This document shows, piece after piece, positions 41,209 to 50,134 of a stretch of 64,000 nt of DNA. The notes under the pieces were generated by a model, which saw only the letters and a list, made by a program, of their open reading frames with translations, searched no databases and was not told the DNA's origin. Source of the stretch: a virus (Duplodnaviria > Caudoviricetes); the IMG/VR virus record IMGVR_UViG_3300021426_000066; one strand, given 5' to 3'. Positions within the stretch are counted from its first letter, which is position 1; each line of letters opens with the position of its first letter. The position numbers and the translations under genes are program-made.

Positions 41209-41581
41209 CGATATGTTAACTTATAGGCTTTTTATCCTATAATTCTGGAAGTTTCCTTCATACTACTATCGGCTAAATAATAGATACGTCTGTCAATTCA
41301 GACCAGTCCAGCATATATTATCACCCTCGTTTAACGTTAGGACAATAGGAGACTAACCCTATTGTAAGTATTCTATAAACACTTGTGCAAACCACTCTTG
41401 CGGACATTTTATTCTGTTTATTAAAAACAGGTTCAATCCGTATGCGTTACGGTGCTATAAGTTTTTTAATCCTCATAGTTACCTCGGTGTTAACTTGTTA
41501 ATTTATTCATAAATTAATTTAGTCTTCACCGATTTTGGTTTGTTTTCAATAAATCATTTCTGATTTATGCTCCTAATTAAA
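41209..41581 (-). ncRNA. Group I self-splicing intron (IA-like, 373 nt, no ORF)
   Basis: Exon ends CUCU pairing with IGS GGAG (U·G at splice site); terminal G (…AUAUCG); P2 AUAAAUCA-GAAA-UGAUUUAU; P3 CAAACC/GGUUUG; P4 UCGGUG/CACCGA; P6 GGU/ACC; P7 GCAUA/UAUGC; removal restores frame (MDYS|KGI). Confidence 0.92.
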
Positions 41582-43840
41582 AGAGTAGTCCATAGCGACA
41601 TTCGCAGAAATATCATTTAATACGTCAACAACATGCATTGATACATCAGCAGCATCTGCTTCAGAATCTTTGAGCATATCAAACTGTTGAATAATACCCT
41701 GAACTTCATCAGCAGCAGTAGAAGCATCAACACCAGACAGGTTACTCAGAATAACTGTAGGTTTTGCTAATTGTTGAATCTCTTCAGCGGAAGTGTTCAT
41801 ATTAGCGTAAATCTTATAGACATCTTCAGCATTGGCTACCGACATCGAAAGATCTTTAGCCATATCAATGGCAGATTTTCCAAGTGCATCCAATTCTTTT
41901 GAAGTCATATTCATTGTATAACTAATATTAGTTAACGTTGAATCATACTCCTTAAACGTAGACATACCCGCTGTTAATTCGGAACGAAGTTTCATAACAG
42001 CAGAGTAGCCCATTATTAGTTGAGGTAATTGATGAATCATGCCACCAATGCTCTTAGAAAATCCAGTTAAAAAAGCATTCTGCCCTTGACTTACAGTAGA
42101 AGACATTCTCCATGCATTGGATAATTTCTCTACTTGACCTGTAAGTTGAGTGATCTGTCCAGATGTAGTTTTATAAGTACGAGTCACTTTAGTCTGATCT
42201 GCATTCCATTTTTCTGTTACTAAAGCTCCAAGTTGAGCAGCTTTAGCGTACTTATCCATTTGAGCAGTCATGTCAGCCGCATTTTTAATCTGTCCTTGGT
42301 CTAATAGATAGCCTTTGTTGTTTTGAATTTTTGTTTCATCTTGAATCTGTCCAAGTATCTTTAATTGATTTTGTAACTTAGAATTATATTCCTCTACCTT
42401 GTCTGGATTATGCATATTTTGCTCAAGCAATTGCATAGTTCTGACAGTATCCGTTAATTGTTGTGTCCATGCCCCAGAACGTTGTTCGTCTCCGAAAGAT
42501 TGAAGTTTGGTCCTCGCTTTATCAATGATAGAAGAGACTTTTTCAAAATCAACAATAGCTTGTTTAGCTTTAAGTTCTGCTTCAACATTCGCATGATTAT
42601 CTTTAACCTGCTTTTGAACAATGGCTGCATCAGCAGCATATTCAGGTGAGCCAGAATAAAATTTTAATTCTTCTTCCAACTCTGCTTTTCTTTGTTCCAA
42701 AGCTTGAAGAATAGGTGCTTTTGCTTTTTCTGCTGCTTGCCTTTCAGAAGCAGTCATGCTTTCGAAATCAGCTTTAATTTTAAGAATTTGAACATCTACT
42801 TTTTGAAGATCTTCAGATAAACCTTTAAAATCTGTATTATAAGAAACTGTTGATGGAGTTGCTTTTCCGTCTTCCCCTAACTTATATCCAACTCTCATTG
42901 TTTGATGAGGTTTGGTTTTATATGTTACAGATGATCGCTTATCAGATAAACGTTCTGTTTGATATATCGGAAGACCCTGATTGACCAAATCATTGACATA
43001 TTGCGCTTCTTCGTCTGACAACCTTTTTGTTTTTCCAGATGATTTTGTGCTATTCCTTTTCTTTAAATAATTCAAAGATAGATTTTTTTTTTCTAATTTT
43101 CCCCATAAACCATATTTAATATTATTTTGAATTACTTCGTCAGCAAACTTATCAAGTCCCCATTTCTCAACATCTCCACCAGTGTCGGTAATGTTTTTTA
43201 ATAAACTGTTTACATAAGTTTCTAATCCCTTCGGTCCCTCTGCTTTTAATATTGTATTCATAGCAGAATACAAATTATTAATTGAAACCACAGAACTTTG
43301 TACTTTTTGATGGACTTCATTAATAACTTTTTTTATACCCGGAATTTGTTTTTCTAAAGAGTCAAATGAAAAATCTTGCCCTTTCAAAATTCTATAAGAA
43401 TTAAAAGTTTCCATTATTTCAGAACGTAAAGCTGGATCTGCTTTTTTCCCCGTTCTAGCATTTGATAAATAATCAGAAACCTGTCCTTTTAAATCTTCAA
43501 ATAATGCATCTGTATCAGTAAAACGCCCCATTCTTTCAATAGTTAGCCTTGATGGGGTTCCGTTTGGTAAAGCTTTCTTCTTAATATAATCCTTAGCCTG
43601 ATCTACCGTTAAATCTTTTCCTGCTTTATACAGCTTTTGAACAGATTCATAAGTCTTTTCTATATCTTTTCTAGCTTTGTCGCCGCCTGAAGATTTAATG
43701 TTTACGTCAACCTCTGTGGTGACTTTTTTATTCTCTAGAAGATCTTTAACTATTCCATTCGCAGATTTGGAAGCACCTGAAACCAGATCGCCAATTTCTT
43801 TTTCTCCCATTAGTTTCCCGCCAGTAAATGTTTTCCCCAT
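41582..43840 (-). CDS. Exon 1 of tape measure protein
   Basis: AAAGGAGG RBS; ends with the first half of the TP901 TMP core ('EYDSTLTNISYTM…VVDVLNDISAN'); 753 codons to the splice site. Confidence 0.88.
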
Positions 43841-44409
43841 TATTTCCCTCCTTTCTGACGAATTTTTTCGAGAACAAGCTCAACTATTAAGGCAGTTAAT
43901 TCTTCTTCGTACTTTTTTTTTAAAAAAGCAACCATCCTTTGAAAATATTTTTCATAGGGTCCTTGAAGATAAGCATCCCATAATTCGCCAAATTTTTCTT
44001 CGGGGGAATCAGAAGAAGCCGCTGGCCTGCCCCAATAAGGATAATCTGGTTTAGGGGTTCTCCAATAAGGAACGCCTGGGCTTGGATGATTTTGTCCACT
44101 AATAGCGCCTCCATGAAACCCTTTTACAAAACTGTTAGTATAAATATAATCATTATCAACTCTATGACCAATAGGAGAATATTCTCCGCCCACATGTATT
44201 AAAATACTTTCTGATGCTACTTCAAATTTGCCCATTTTATACAATGAATATCGTCTATGATATTCGGCGGGACTATAAGCACCATAAAAAGATTGTACGC
44301 TTTCCCTAAATAACTTTTTAAAATTTTGTTCTTGATCTGCAATTAATAGTTGATTACCCTCGTCAACATATCTTTTTCCTAAAGCTTGTATTTTTTCTAT
44401 AGCGCCCAT
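43840..44409 (-). CDS. Conserved pre-TMP tail morphogenesis-type protein
   Basis: 'FYGAYSPAEYHRRYSL' (Y.P..Y.R) motif; TAATG coupling to TMP start. Confidence 0.5.
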   Translation of the reverse strand: MGAIEKIQALGKRYVDEGNQLLIADQEQNFKKLFRESVQSFYGAYSPAEYHRRYSLYKMGKFEVASESILIHVGGEYSPIGHRVDNDYIYTNSFVKGFHGGAISGQNHPSPGVPYWRTPKPDYPYWGRPAASSDSPEEKFGELWDAYLQGPYEKYFQRMVAFLKKKYEEELTALIVELVLEKIRQKGGK

Positions 44410-44486
44410 TTAATCACCCCCTCCTTGTTTTAAAAATGAGAACATTAAAACATAATTAATTATAAAAAACTAATATATATATTAAT

Positions 44487-45656
44487 TTAGTATCTAATGT
44501 CTGTATGCAAATGCTCATTAATCCAGTCAATTATCTGCTTATAATTAAGCCCCCCCTCATCAGTAGGACGCATTATGTAATTATATTGCTGGGGATGTGT
44601 TTTAGCCATTAATGTAAAACGGCTATCTTCAGGAGATTCCAATTGACACCCAAAGCCACAAAACATACATCCAGTTCTTTTATATCCCGTCGTTTTTAAT
44701 TCTGGATAATCCTCTTCTAAAACGCATATATCCAAATTATTATAGTTATAATTAATTTGGTCATTATTGCTAACTATATTACCATATAATGGACATAGCG
44801 ATAAATTAAATATTTTAGCATATAATAATACATCTTGTTCTAACCAAAATGCCATAGGATTACTAATAGGGTTTTTAAGTTCAAATCCGTTACATCCATG
44901 CTGTAACCATTGCGTTGTTCTAAGTTTGCTTTCACACGCCATCTGTGCAGTCATTGGCATCCTACCTGTGTCTTTTTGATATTTATGCGTAATATCTTTC
45001 TTCATAATTCTACAACAAGAATCTCCGATCTCAAAAGGAGCATCTAAAAAATATTGCCATTGCACTTTCATAAAAGGGGCTCTTTCTTTGGCTGGAATGT
45101 TTATTCCAATGGTTCCATCTCTTCTAATCATTCCTAAAACCATTGCCAAATATCTTCGTCCTTTTTCTCCATCTGGTCGATTCATTACAATTTTTTGCAA
45201 CTCTTTAGAATCAATTAGCCTAACTATTGTCCACCCTTGACTAAGATACTTTTTTAAATCATCATCTTCCTCCATTAAAAACCGCAAATATTTTCTAGCG
45301 CCTCTAATTTTTTCACTGGATTCTTTGCTAATAAAAGGATAACCAAAACGATTAATAACCTGTTTAAAAGTCATTTCAGGCTTAAGCCAATCAATATTGT
45401 CAAACTTACCTACAAAATCTCTAATTTCTGGAAATTCTAATCCAGTATCACAAAAGACACCTTTTACGGTTGGATACATTTTTCTTACAATATCTAACAA
45501 AACGGTGCTATCTTTCCCGCCACTAAAAGCTACATATACTCCATCTACTCCGTACTCATTAACCCATTCTCGAATCCTCTGTTGTGTTAAGGCAATTTTT
45601 ACTTTTAATGGAGCGGATTGAAGAGAGCGTAGTTCCCATCTTTCTCTTTTACTCAT
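44487..45656 (-). CDS. PAPS-reductase-family (adenine-nucleotide alpha hydrolase) Fe-S protein
   Basis: 'AFSGGKDS' PP-loop, 'DTGLEFPE', 'CC' pair, 'RTGCMFC'; likely start ATG 45656 after AGGAGG; no C-terminal ECGLH. Confidence 0.85.
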   Translation of the reverse strand: MSKRERWELRSLQSAPLKVKIALTQQRIREWVNEYGVDGVYVAFSGGKDSTVLLDIVRKMYPTVKGVFCDTGLEFPEIRDFVGKFDNIDWLKPEMTFKQVINRFGYPFISKESSEKIRGARKYLRFLMEEDDDLKKYLSQGWTIVRLIDSKELQKIVMNRPDGEKGRRYLAMVLGMIRRDGTIGINIPAKERAPFMKVQWQYFLDAPFEIGDSCCRIMKKDITHKYQKDTGRMPMTAQMACESKLRTTQWLQHGCNGFELKNPISNPMAFWLEQDVLLYAKIFNLSLCPLYGNIVSNNDQINYNYNNLDICVLEEDYPELKTTGYKRTGCMFCGFGCQLESPEDSRFTLMAKTHPQQYNYIMRPTDEGGLNYKQIIDWINEHLHTDIRY

Positions 45657-45669
45657 AAATCCTCCTAAC

Positions 45670-45759
45670 AAAAAAAACATGACTCAATTAGACCCACAAA
45701 CAAAATGACAAATAAAATAATTATTAATAAAGAGGTATTTAGCGTCTAATCGAGCCATG
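45670..45759 (-). promoter_or_regulatory. Large-loop terminator/attenuator in the leader of the PAPS-reductase-like gene
   Basis: 16-bp stem 45744-45759/45678-45693 with two G·U pairs on minus-strand RNA, 50-nt loop, U8 tract, then RBS. Confidence 0.6.
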
Positions 45760-45814
45760 GACAAAACAAACTAAATAATGTTATTACATCTTTTTTTCAA
45801 AATAAGGTAATAAT

Positions 45815-46276
45815 TCAGGTATCTCCATTAGTACTTCTTTCATATATTAACAAAGAAGAGTATTCGTTTCTTTCGGCATCATCTCTAACCATATTAAAAA
45901 CTATATCAAATTCAACTTTGTCAACAGGCATTCGCTGAATAATAACTTTTAATAAATCATATTGATTAAGTATGTCATACTCTTCATAAAACGAATCATT
46001 AAGTTGAAAATTCGTATATAAAGCTAATAATGTTTTCACGTAATTCAAATATTGGACAGGGCTATTAAAAAAAAATTTTTTATTTTTTCCGTTATTAACA
46101 TAATTAGCTTCCTCAATAATATTTATTGCTGCTTCTATTTTTTGCTGATAAGGAACATATGTACTTTGTTCTTTAGAAATATTATTTAACATTGTTTTCT
46201 TTATTTGTTCTGAGGTCGTACTATTATATTTTTTTACAAAATCAATGATAGAAAATTTTTTCGCGTCCTCGTTCAT
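45815..46276 (-). CDS. Hypothetical protein, paralog of 46273..46848 (possible tail assembly chaperone)
   Basis: Shared 'S..DF..K…YVPY..K…L.LYT…YD' pattern; ATGA overlap. Confidence 0.5.
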   Translation of the reverse strand: MNEDAKKFSIIDFVKKYNSTTSEQIKKTMLNNISKEQSTYVPYQQKIEAAINIIEEANYVNNGKNKKFFFNSPVQYLNYVKTLLALYTNFQLNDSFYEEYDILNQYDLLKVIIQRMPVDKVEFDIVFNMVRDDAERNEYSSLLIYERSTNGDT

Positions 46277-46848
46277 TTAACACCGTCCCCTTCAAAATGA
46301 ATCATATCATCATTTATTTCTTCCTTTTGTCCCAATCCAACTTGTTCCATCACTTTTTCCAATTCCGAATAATCAATATTCGTTATCTGCTGATAAAAGG
46401 AATAAAATAAATTGTCTAACCCTCTATTCATTTTGCCCCAATTGTTTTTTAGATGGAAAACCATATTCTCCAATTCTGTCTGCTCATTAATGCTTATAAA
46501 ACCAGAAATAATATTTTTCATTCCTCGTTTACAAAATTCGTCATAAAGATCAAATGGTGAATAGTCTTTTAAATATTCTTCAATATTTAATTTCGTATAT
46601 AACACTAAACCACAAACAAAATAATTTACTTCAAACAAAGTCTCATCGAAATATGGTAAGGCTCCCTCATTTTTGACAGCGGATTCGTTGATTGCAGGAA
46701 TAAGACTTACCTTTTTTACAAGATATGGTACATATTCATTAATAACTACTTCTCTAATTACATTATGTTGTTCTTCTTTAGTTAAAGCAGTATCAAATTT
46801 GTTTAAAAAATCATTTACAGATACTACATTTTGATTGTCGTTTAACAT
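46273..46848 (-). CDS. Hypothetical protein (possible tail assembly chaperone)
   Basis: GAGGA RBS; 'EYVPYLVKK…LVLYTKL…DLYDE'; between MTP and TMP. Confidence 0.5.
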   Translation of the reverse strand: MLNDNQNVVSVNDFLNKFDTALTKEEQHNVIREVVINEYVPYLVKKVSLIPAINESAVKNEGALPYFDETLFEVNYFVCGLVLYTKLNIEEYLKDYSPFDLYDEFCKRGMKNIISGFISINEQTELENMVFHLKNNWGKMNRGLDNLFYSFYQQITNIDYSELEKVMEQVGLGQKEEINDDMIHFEGDGVK

Positions 46849-46877
46849 AGTGTGTTCCTCCTGATATTCATAATTTT

Positions 46878-47852
46878 CTATCTAACGTAACTTCCTGGTT
46901 TTTCCCAGTTATCTAAATAATCAAATTCATCTTGTAACGTATAATAAAAATTGGAATCTATCAGAATTAATTTATCATTTTCTTCTGAAAATTCTTTAGC
47001 AAAACGAGTAAGACGAATTTTACTTTTTTCATCCATCCAGCCTTTTACCTCAATCCACTTATCAAAATCAGGCAAATAAAAATCAGGTTGATAACTCATT
47101 ACCCCATTATCAACCTGAATAAAATAAAAACGTTTAAATTCGTATCTCCATTCAATTCCTAACTCATTTAATATTCTGGCAATATTTGCTTCCCAAGATG
47201 AACGGAAATATTGATAAAGATCTGGACGATATCCTCCTTTGCAGCGTGAATAAGCGTTGACAGTGGTATTATAATCAACCCCTTTTTTAAGCCGTGTCTC
47301 TTTAGCCTTCTTGACACGATCTTGTTTTTGTTGAAGTGTTAATGAGCGACTATATTGTAATTGTCTCTTAGAAATAGCATTTTTTGCTTTTTGAGTATGC
47401 TTATGCCCTAAGAAACCTTGTGGATGCTCATGTTTTTTATGCCATTCTTTTGACTGTGCGGATAAAATATTTCGTAATTTGTCGCCTTCTTCCCCTACAT
47501 ATCTTTTACTATTTGACTCACTTATCTTTTGTTTTCTTTCATCTGTAAAAGAACGTTTACTATTGCTTAATCCTATTTTTTGTGCATAGCGACTAATAGA
47601 GGTTTTTTGTCTTCCCATATTTTTCGCCAATTTACCTATATCTATTTCATCTGGATGAGCCAAATAATAAGATCTAATCACTTCTTTTTCTTCATCTGTA
47701 AAAGGTCTAAACCTTTGATTTAATCCCATGCGCTCTCGTTTCCCACGAATAGACCCAAGAGATTTATTCAAATAATGACTTAACTCTTTTAATGACATAT
47801 CTTCGGAATGTTCTAATAAAAATGATTCTTCTTCTTGCGTCCATACACTCAT
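46878..47852 (-). CDS. Free-standing homing-endonuclease-like protein: HTH repeats, NUMOD3-like motifs, PD-(D/E)XK nuclease
   Basis: 'WTQEEESFL' and 'FTDEEKEVI' repeats; 'GHKHTQKAKNAIS'; 'FRSSWEANIAR…YQPDFYLP…IEVKG'. Confidence 0.75.
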   Translation of the reverse strand: MSVWTQEEESFLLEHSEDMSLKELSHYLNKSLGSIRGKRERMGLNQRFRPFTDEEKEVIRSYYLAHPDEIDIGKLAKNMGRQKTSISRYAQKIGLSNSKRSFTDERKQKISESNSKRYVGEEGDKLRNILSAQSKEWHKKHEHPQGFLGHKHTQKAKNAISKRQLQYSRSLTLQQKQDRVKKAKETRLKKGVDYNTTVNAYSRCKGGYRPDLYQYFRSSWEANIARILNELGIEWRYEFKRFYFIQVDNGVMSYQPDFYLPDFDKWIEVKGWMDEKSKIRLTRFAKEFSEENDKLILIDSNFYYTLQDEFDYLDNWEKPGSYVR

Positions 47853-47854
47853 GC

Positions 47855-48424
47855 TTAAATCTCCTTATATTTCATACAAAGATAATCTTCGGTAACATCA
47901 TCCTGAATCCTGCCCTCCAGAGCTTTCCGCAGAATAGAGCAGTTGTTCTTATATCTTTTACACGTTTCACATACATTCTCAAATTCGTCAGCTTGTTCCT
48001 GAGAGTCAAAGATCCCGACGAAATCAACAGGATATATGGTTAATTCGATTCTGGGATTTTTATTATCATACATGACTTTAAGAATACGGTTACAAATCAT
48101 ATTGTCATCTAACCACACACAACCTGCGTTAGTAATTGAATCTGAAATTACCTTGTCATAATTGGCGCAATCCATATCTATTCTTGGAAAATAAAAAACC
48201 GCATCAACATAATAATGCTGATACGGATTATCACTCATAACCCAGCCTTGTTCTTTAACCTGCTGCTTAACGTATTCTGTAAATTCTTTTTGAAATTTCT
48301 TAGCCTCCGCCGTCTTATATGACATTGCCGTTGGCTTTCCATTTTTATAAACTACTCGGTATGCGAGATAGTGGTTGACTGATATAAAATCATGGACTGT
48401 GAGCTTTAATGTTTGTTTCTCCAT
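47855..48424 (-). CDS. rusA: RusA-family Holliday junction resolvase with C-terminal Cys cluster
   Basis: 'SVNHY', 'DCANYDKVISDSI…DDNMI…NPRIELTI'; C-terminal CxxC…C…C. Confidence 0.8.
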   Translation of the reverse strand: MEKQTLKLTVHDFISVNHYLAYRVVYKNGKPTAMSYKTAEAKKFQKEFTEYVKQQVKEQGWVMSDNPYQHYYVDAVFYFPRIDMDCANYDKVISDSITNAGCVWLDDNMICNRILKVMYDNKNPRIELTIYPVDFVGIFDSQEQADEFENVCETCKRYKNNCSILRKALEGRIQDDVTEDYLCMKYKEI

Positions 48425-48436
48425 TCACTCATCACC

Positions 48437-48814
48437 TCACCACATATCGCCAGACAAATTTACATACATATTCAGATGCACATCATCCGTGTTTCCATCT
48501 ACATCCATGTCCTCAATTCGCATATCACATGGAATATTCCAAATAGCATTGACCTTTTTACCCGTTGAAAACTCCAATAGGTTTCCAAACAGCTTAATAT
48601 AACTAATCCTCTGTTTTGCATTAATCAGTTCTGGTACAATCCCAATAATAGTAACTGAAAAATAGGATGTACCAGTCTTATCATAGTTAATAGAGTAGTC
48701 CACAATATTCTCTATCGTCACAGAATCACTACCCATATTCAGTTCAATTTTATCTATTATAAAATGACCTTGATTTGTAGCTTCGGTTAATATCTTCATG
48801 TTGATCCTCCTCAT
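48437..48814 (-). CDS. Hypothetical protein
   Basis: Co-oriented ORF; likely start at MKILT after GAGGAGG. Confidence 0.5.
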   Translation of the reverse strand: MRRINMKILTEATNQGHFIIDKIELNMGSDSVTIENIVDYSINYDKTGTSYFSVTIIGIVPELINAKQRISYIKLFGNLLEFSTGKKVNAIWNIPCDMRIEDMDVDGNTDDVHLNMYVNLSGDMW

Positions 48815-48844
48815 TATCCTTATATTCTAAGTTCTCCAATTAAT

Positions 48845-49123
48845 TTATTCTTCAATTAAACTAAACTCCGTGAGAAGCGGAATAACAACCAATTCAAACT
48901 CATTATCTCCAGTTGAATAATGGTATTGTTTTACAATATAGTCAGCGTCCTCACGATTCATAGTTTTAGTTGCTTTCTCAATATCTTTCATAAACTTGAA
49001 CTCCAACTCTCCAGGCTTTTTATATAGATAGGTGGTTGGAGAGGAGAGCGTTGCAATAACGAATTTAATTATTCGTTTAATCGTATGCTTGTTAAGATCC
49101 TTATAGTTATCCTTATTTTCCAT
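48845..49123 (-). CDS. Hypothetical protein
   Basis: 92-aa ORF with AGGAG RBS. Confidence 0.55.
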   Translation of the reverse strand: MENKDNYKDLNKHTIKRIIKFVIATLSSPTTYLYKKPGELEFKFMKDIEKATKTMNREDADYIVKQYHYSTGDNEFELVVIPLLTEFSLIEE

Positions 49124-49137
49124 AACATTTACTCCTA

Positions 49138-49362
49138 TTAATCCAATTCATAGTTATCCCATTTCTGCTTTAACTCAGCAGAATCCTCTTTTAAAAACAC
49201 ATAAACAATAATGCTTTCACCATGACGATCCATACTTGGGTAAATATCAATGGGGAAGCATCTATGTTTCATAAAACGTTTAGCTTGTTCTGGATTAATA
49301 ATCCTATAAACTTCATTCGCATTATAATCACGGGGTTGCAGATTTGATTTGAACTTCATCAT
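49138..49362 (-). CDS. Small conserved phage protein (DUF5659-like, 74 aa)
   Basis: AAAGGAGG RBS before ATG 49362; 'QAKRFMKH…PIDIY…IVYVF…W' pattern. Confidence 0.5.
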   Translation of the reverse strand: MMKFKSNLQPRDYNANEVYRIINPEQAKRFMKHRCFPIDIYPSMDRHGESIIVYVFLKEDSAELKQKWDNYELD

Positions 49363-49951
49363 CCGCACCTCCTTTGTCCAATTCGTCCCCAAAAGAATCC
49401 CATCCTTTTCTGGGTTTTCTGGCATACATTTCTATTTTTTTTTGTGCTGGATACAATGCTTCAATCATTTGAAAACTTATTTCTGGTTTGGCTGAATGCC
49501 TACGCTTTATATGAGAATCATCTCTAAAGACAGAAGAGTATTTCCCGCTTGCCTGTTTTGAAGCTGAAATAAACTTACCTTTATACATATAGAGCAAATA
49601 TTCATGAGCGAATCTAATATCAAAACTTGCAGGCGGCCCAGTAACCTTATCCCATACCATTCGAGCATGTAATTTCCATCCCAAAGATTCAGCTAATTGC
49701 TGCGCTTCAAATAAATATTTATCTATTGTCCAGAGAAATAGAATCGCATTCTCTGACGTTTTTAAAGTGGCTATTGATAAATGAGATTTAATGTCTTCCA
49801 GAGACAACGTTTGGTAATCTAACGGTTTACCACTTGAATTTTTCCTTGAGTTCTTTTTACCACCTCTTGACTGATTCCAAGGTGGATCTGCCAAAATTAA
49901 ACCATATTCCATATTCGTACGTTTAAATTCTTCAATACCTGTAAATATCAT
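49328..49951 (-). CDS. MT-A70-family N6-adenine methyltransferase
   Basis: 'ILADPPW', 'LFLWT', 'WDK', 'HSAKPE', 'IEMYAR…GWDSFGDE'. Confidence 0.92.
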   Translation of the reverse strand: MIFTGIEEFKRTNMEYGLILADPPWNQSRGGKKNSRKNSSGKPLDYQTLSLEDIKSHLSIATLKTSENAILFLWTIDKYLFEAQQLAESLGWKLHARMVWDKVTGPPASFDIRFAHEYLLYMYKGKFISASKQASGKYSSVFRDDSHIKRRHSAKPEISFQMIEALYPAQKKIEMYARKPRKGWDSFGDELDKGGADDEVQIKSATP

Positions 49952-49985
49952 TCCTTGTTCTCCTTCACCAAATAATTATTTGGTC

Positions 49986-50112
49986 AAAAAAAGGGGTGCA
50001 ACTACTTCGACTTTATATTCGACAGTAATCACACCCCTTAAAAAGCGTATTATATTCAATTTCTTTTATAGTATAAGATCTAAATACTATATCTTATACA
50101 TTCTACCGTCAA
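49986..50112 (-). promoter_or_regulatory. Putative sigmaA promoter with overlapping palindrome and downstream large-loop terminator (leader or sRNA before the methyltransferase)
   Basis: TTGACG(50112-50107)-17nt-TAGTAT(50089-50084); IR GTATAAGAT-N11-ATCTTATAC 50071-50099; 15-bp stem 50025-50039/49991-50005 with three G·U pairs plus U tract. Confidence 0.5.
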
Positions 50113-50134
50113 ATACTAATTATTACAAAATGAT

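Noticed and set aside
20281-41575. Stop-codon reassignment or sequencing frameshifts as the cause of the two split genes
   Set aside because: Both gaps are fully explained by folded group I cores with exact frame restoration; TAG and TGA serve as normal stops elsewhere and coding density is high under the standard code
43880-43930. Stacked slippery heptamers (T TTT TTA, T TTA AAA, A AAA AAG) near the end of the pre-TMP gene; a -1 shift enters the TMP reading frame
   Set aside because: The -1 frame hits TGA at 43882-43880 (…VRRRINCLNS*) before the TMP ATG, so no fusion to TMP is possible; at most a slightly shorter C-terminal variant
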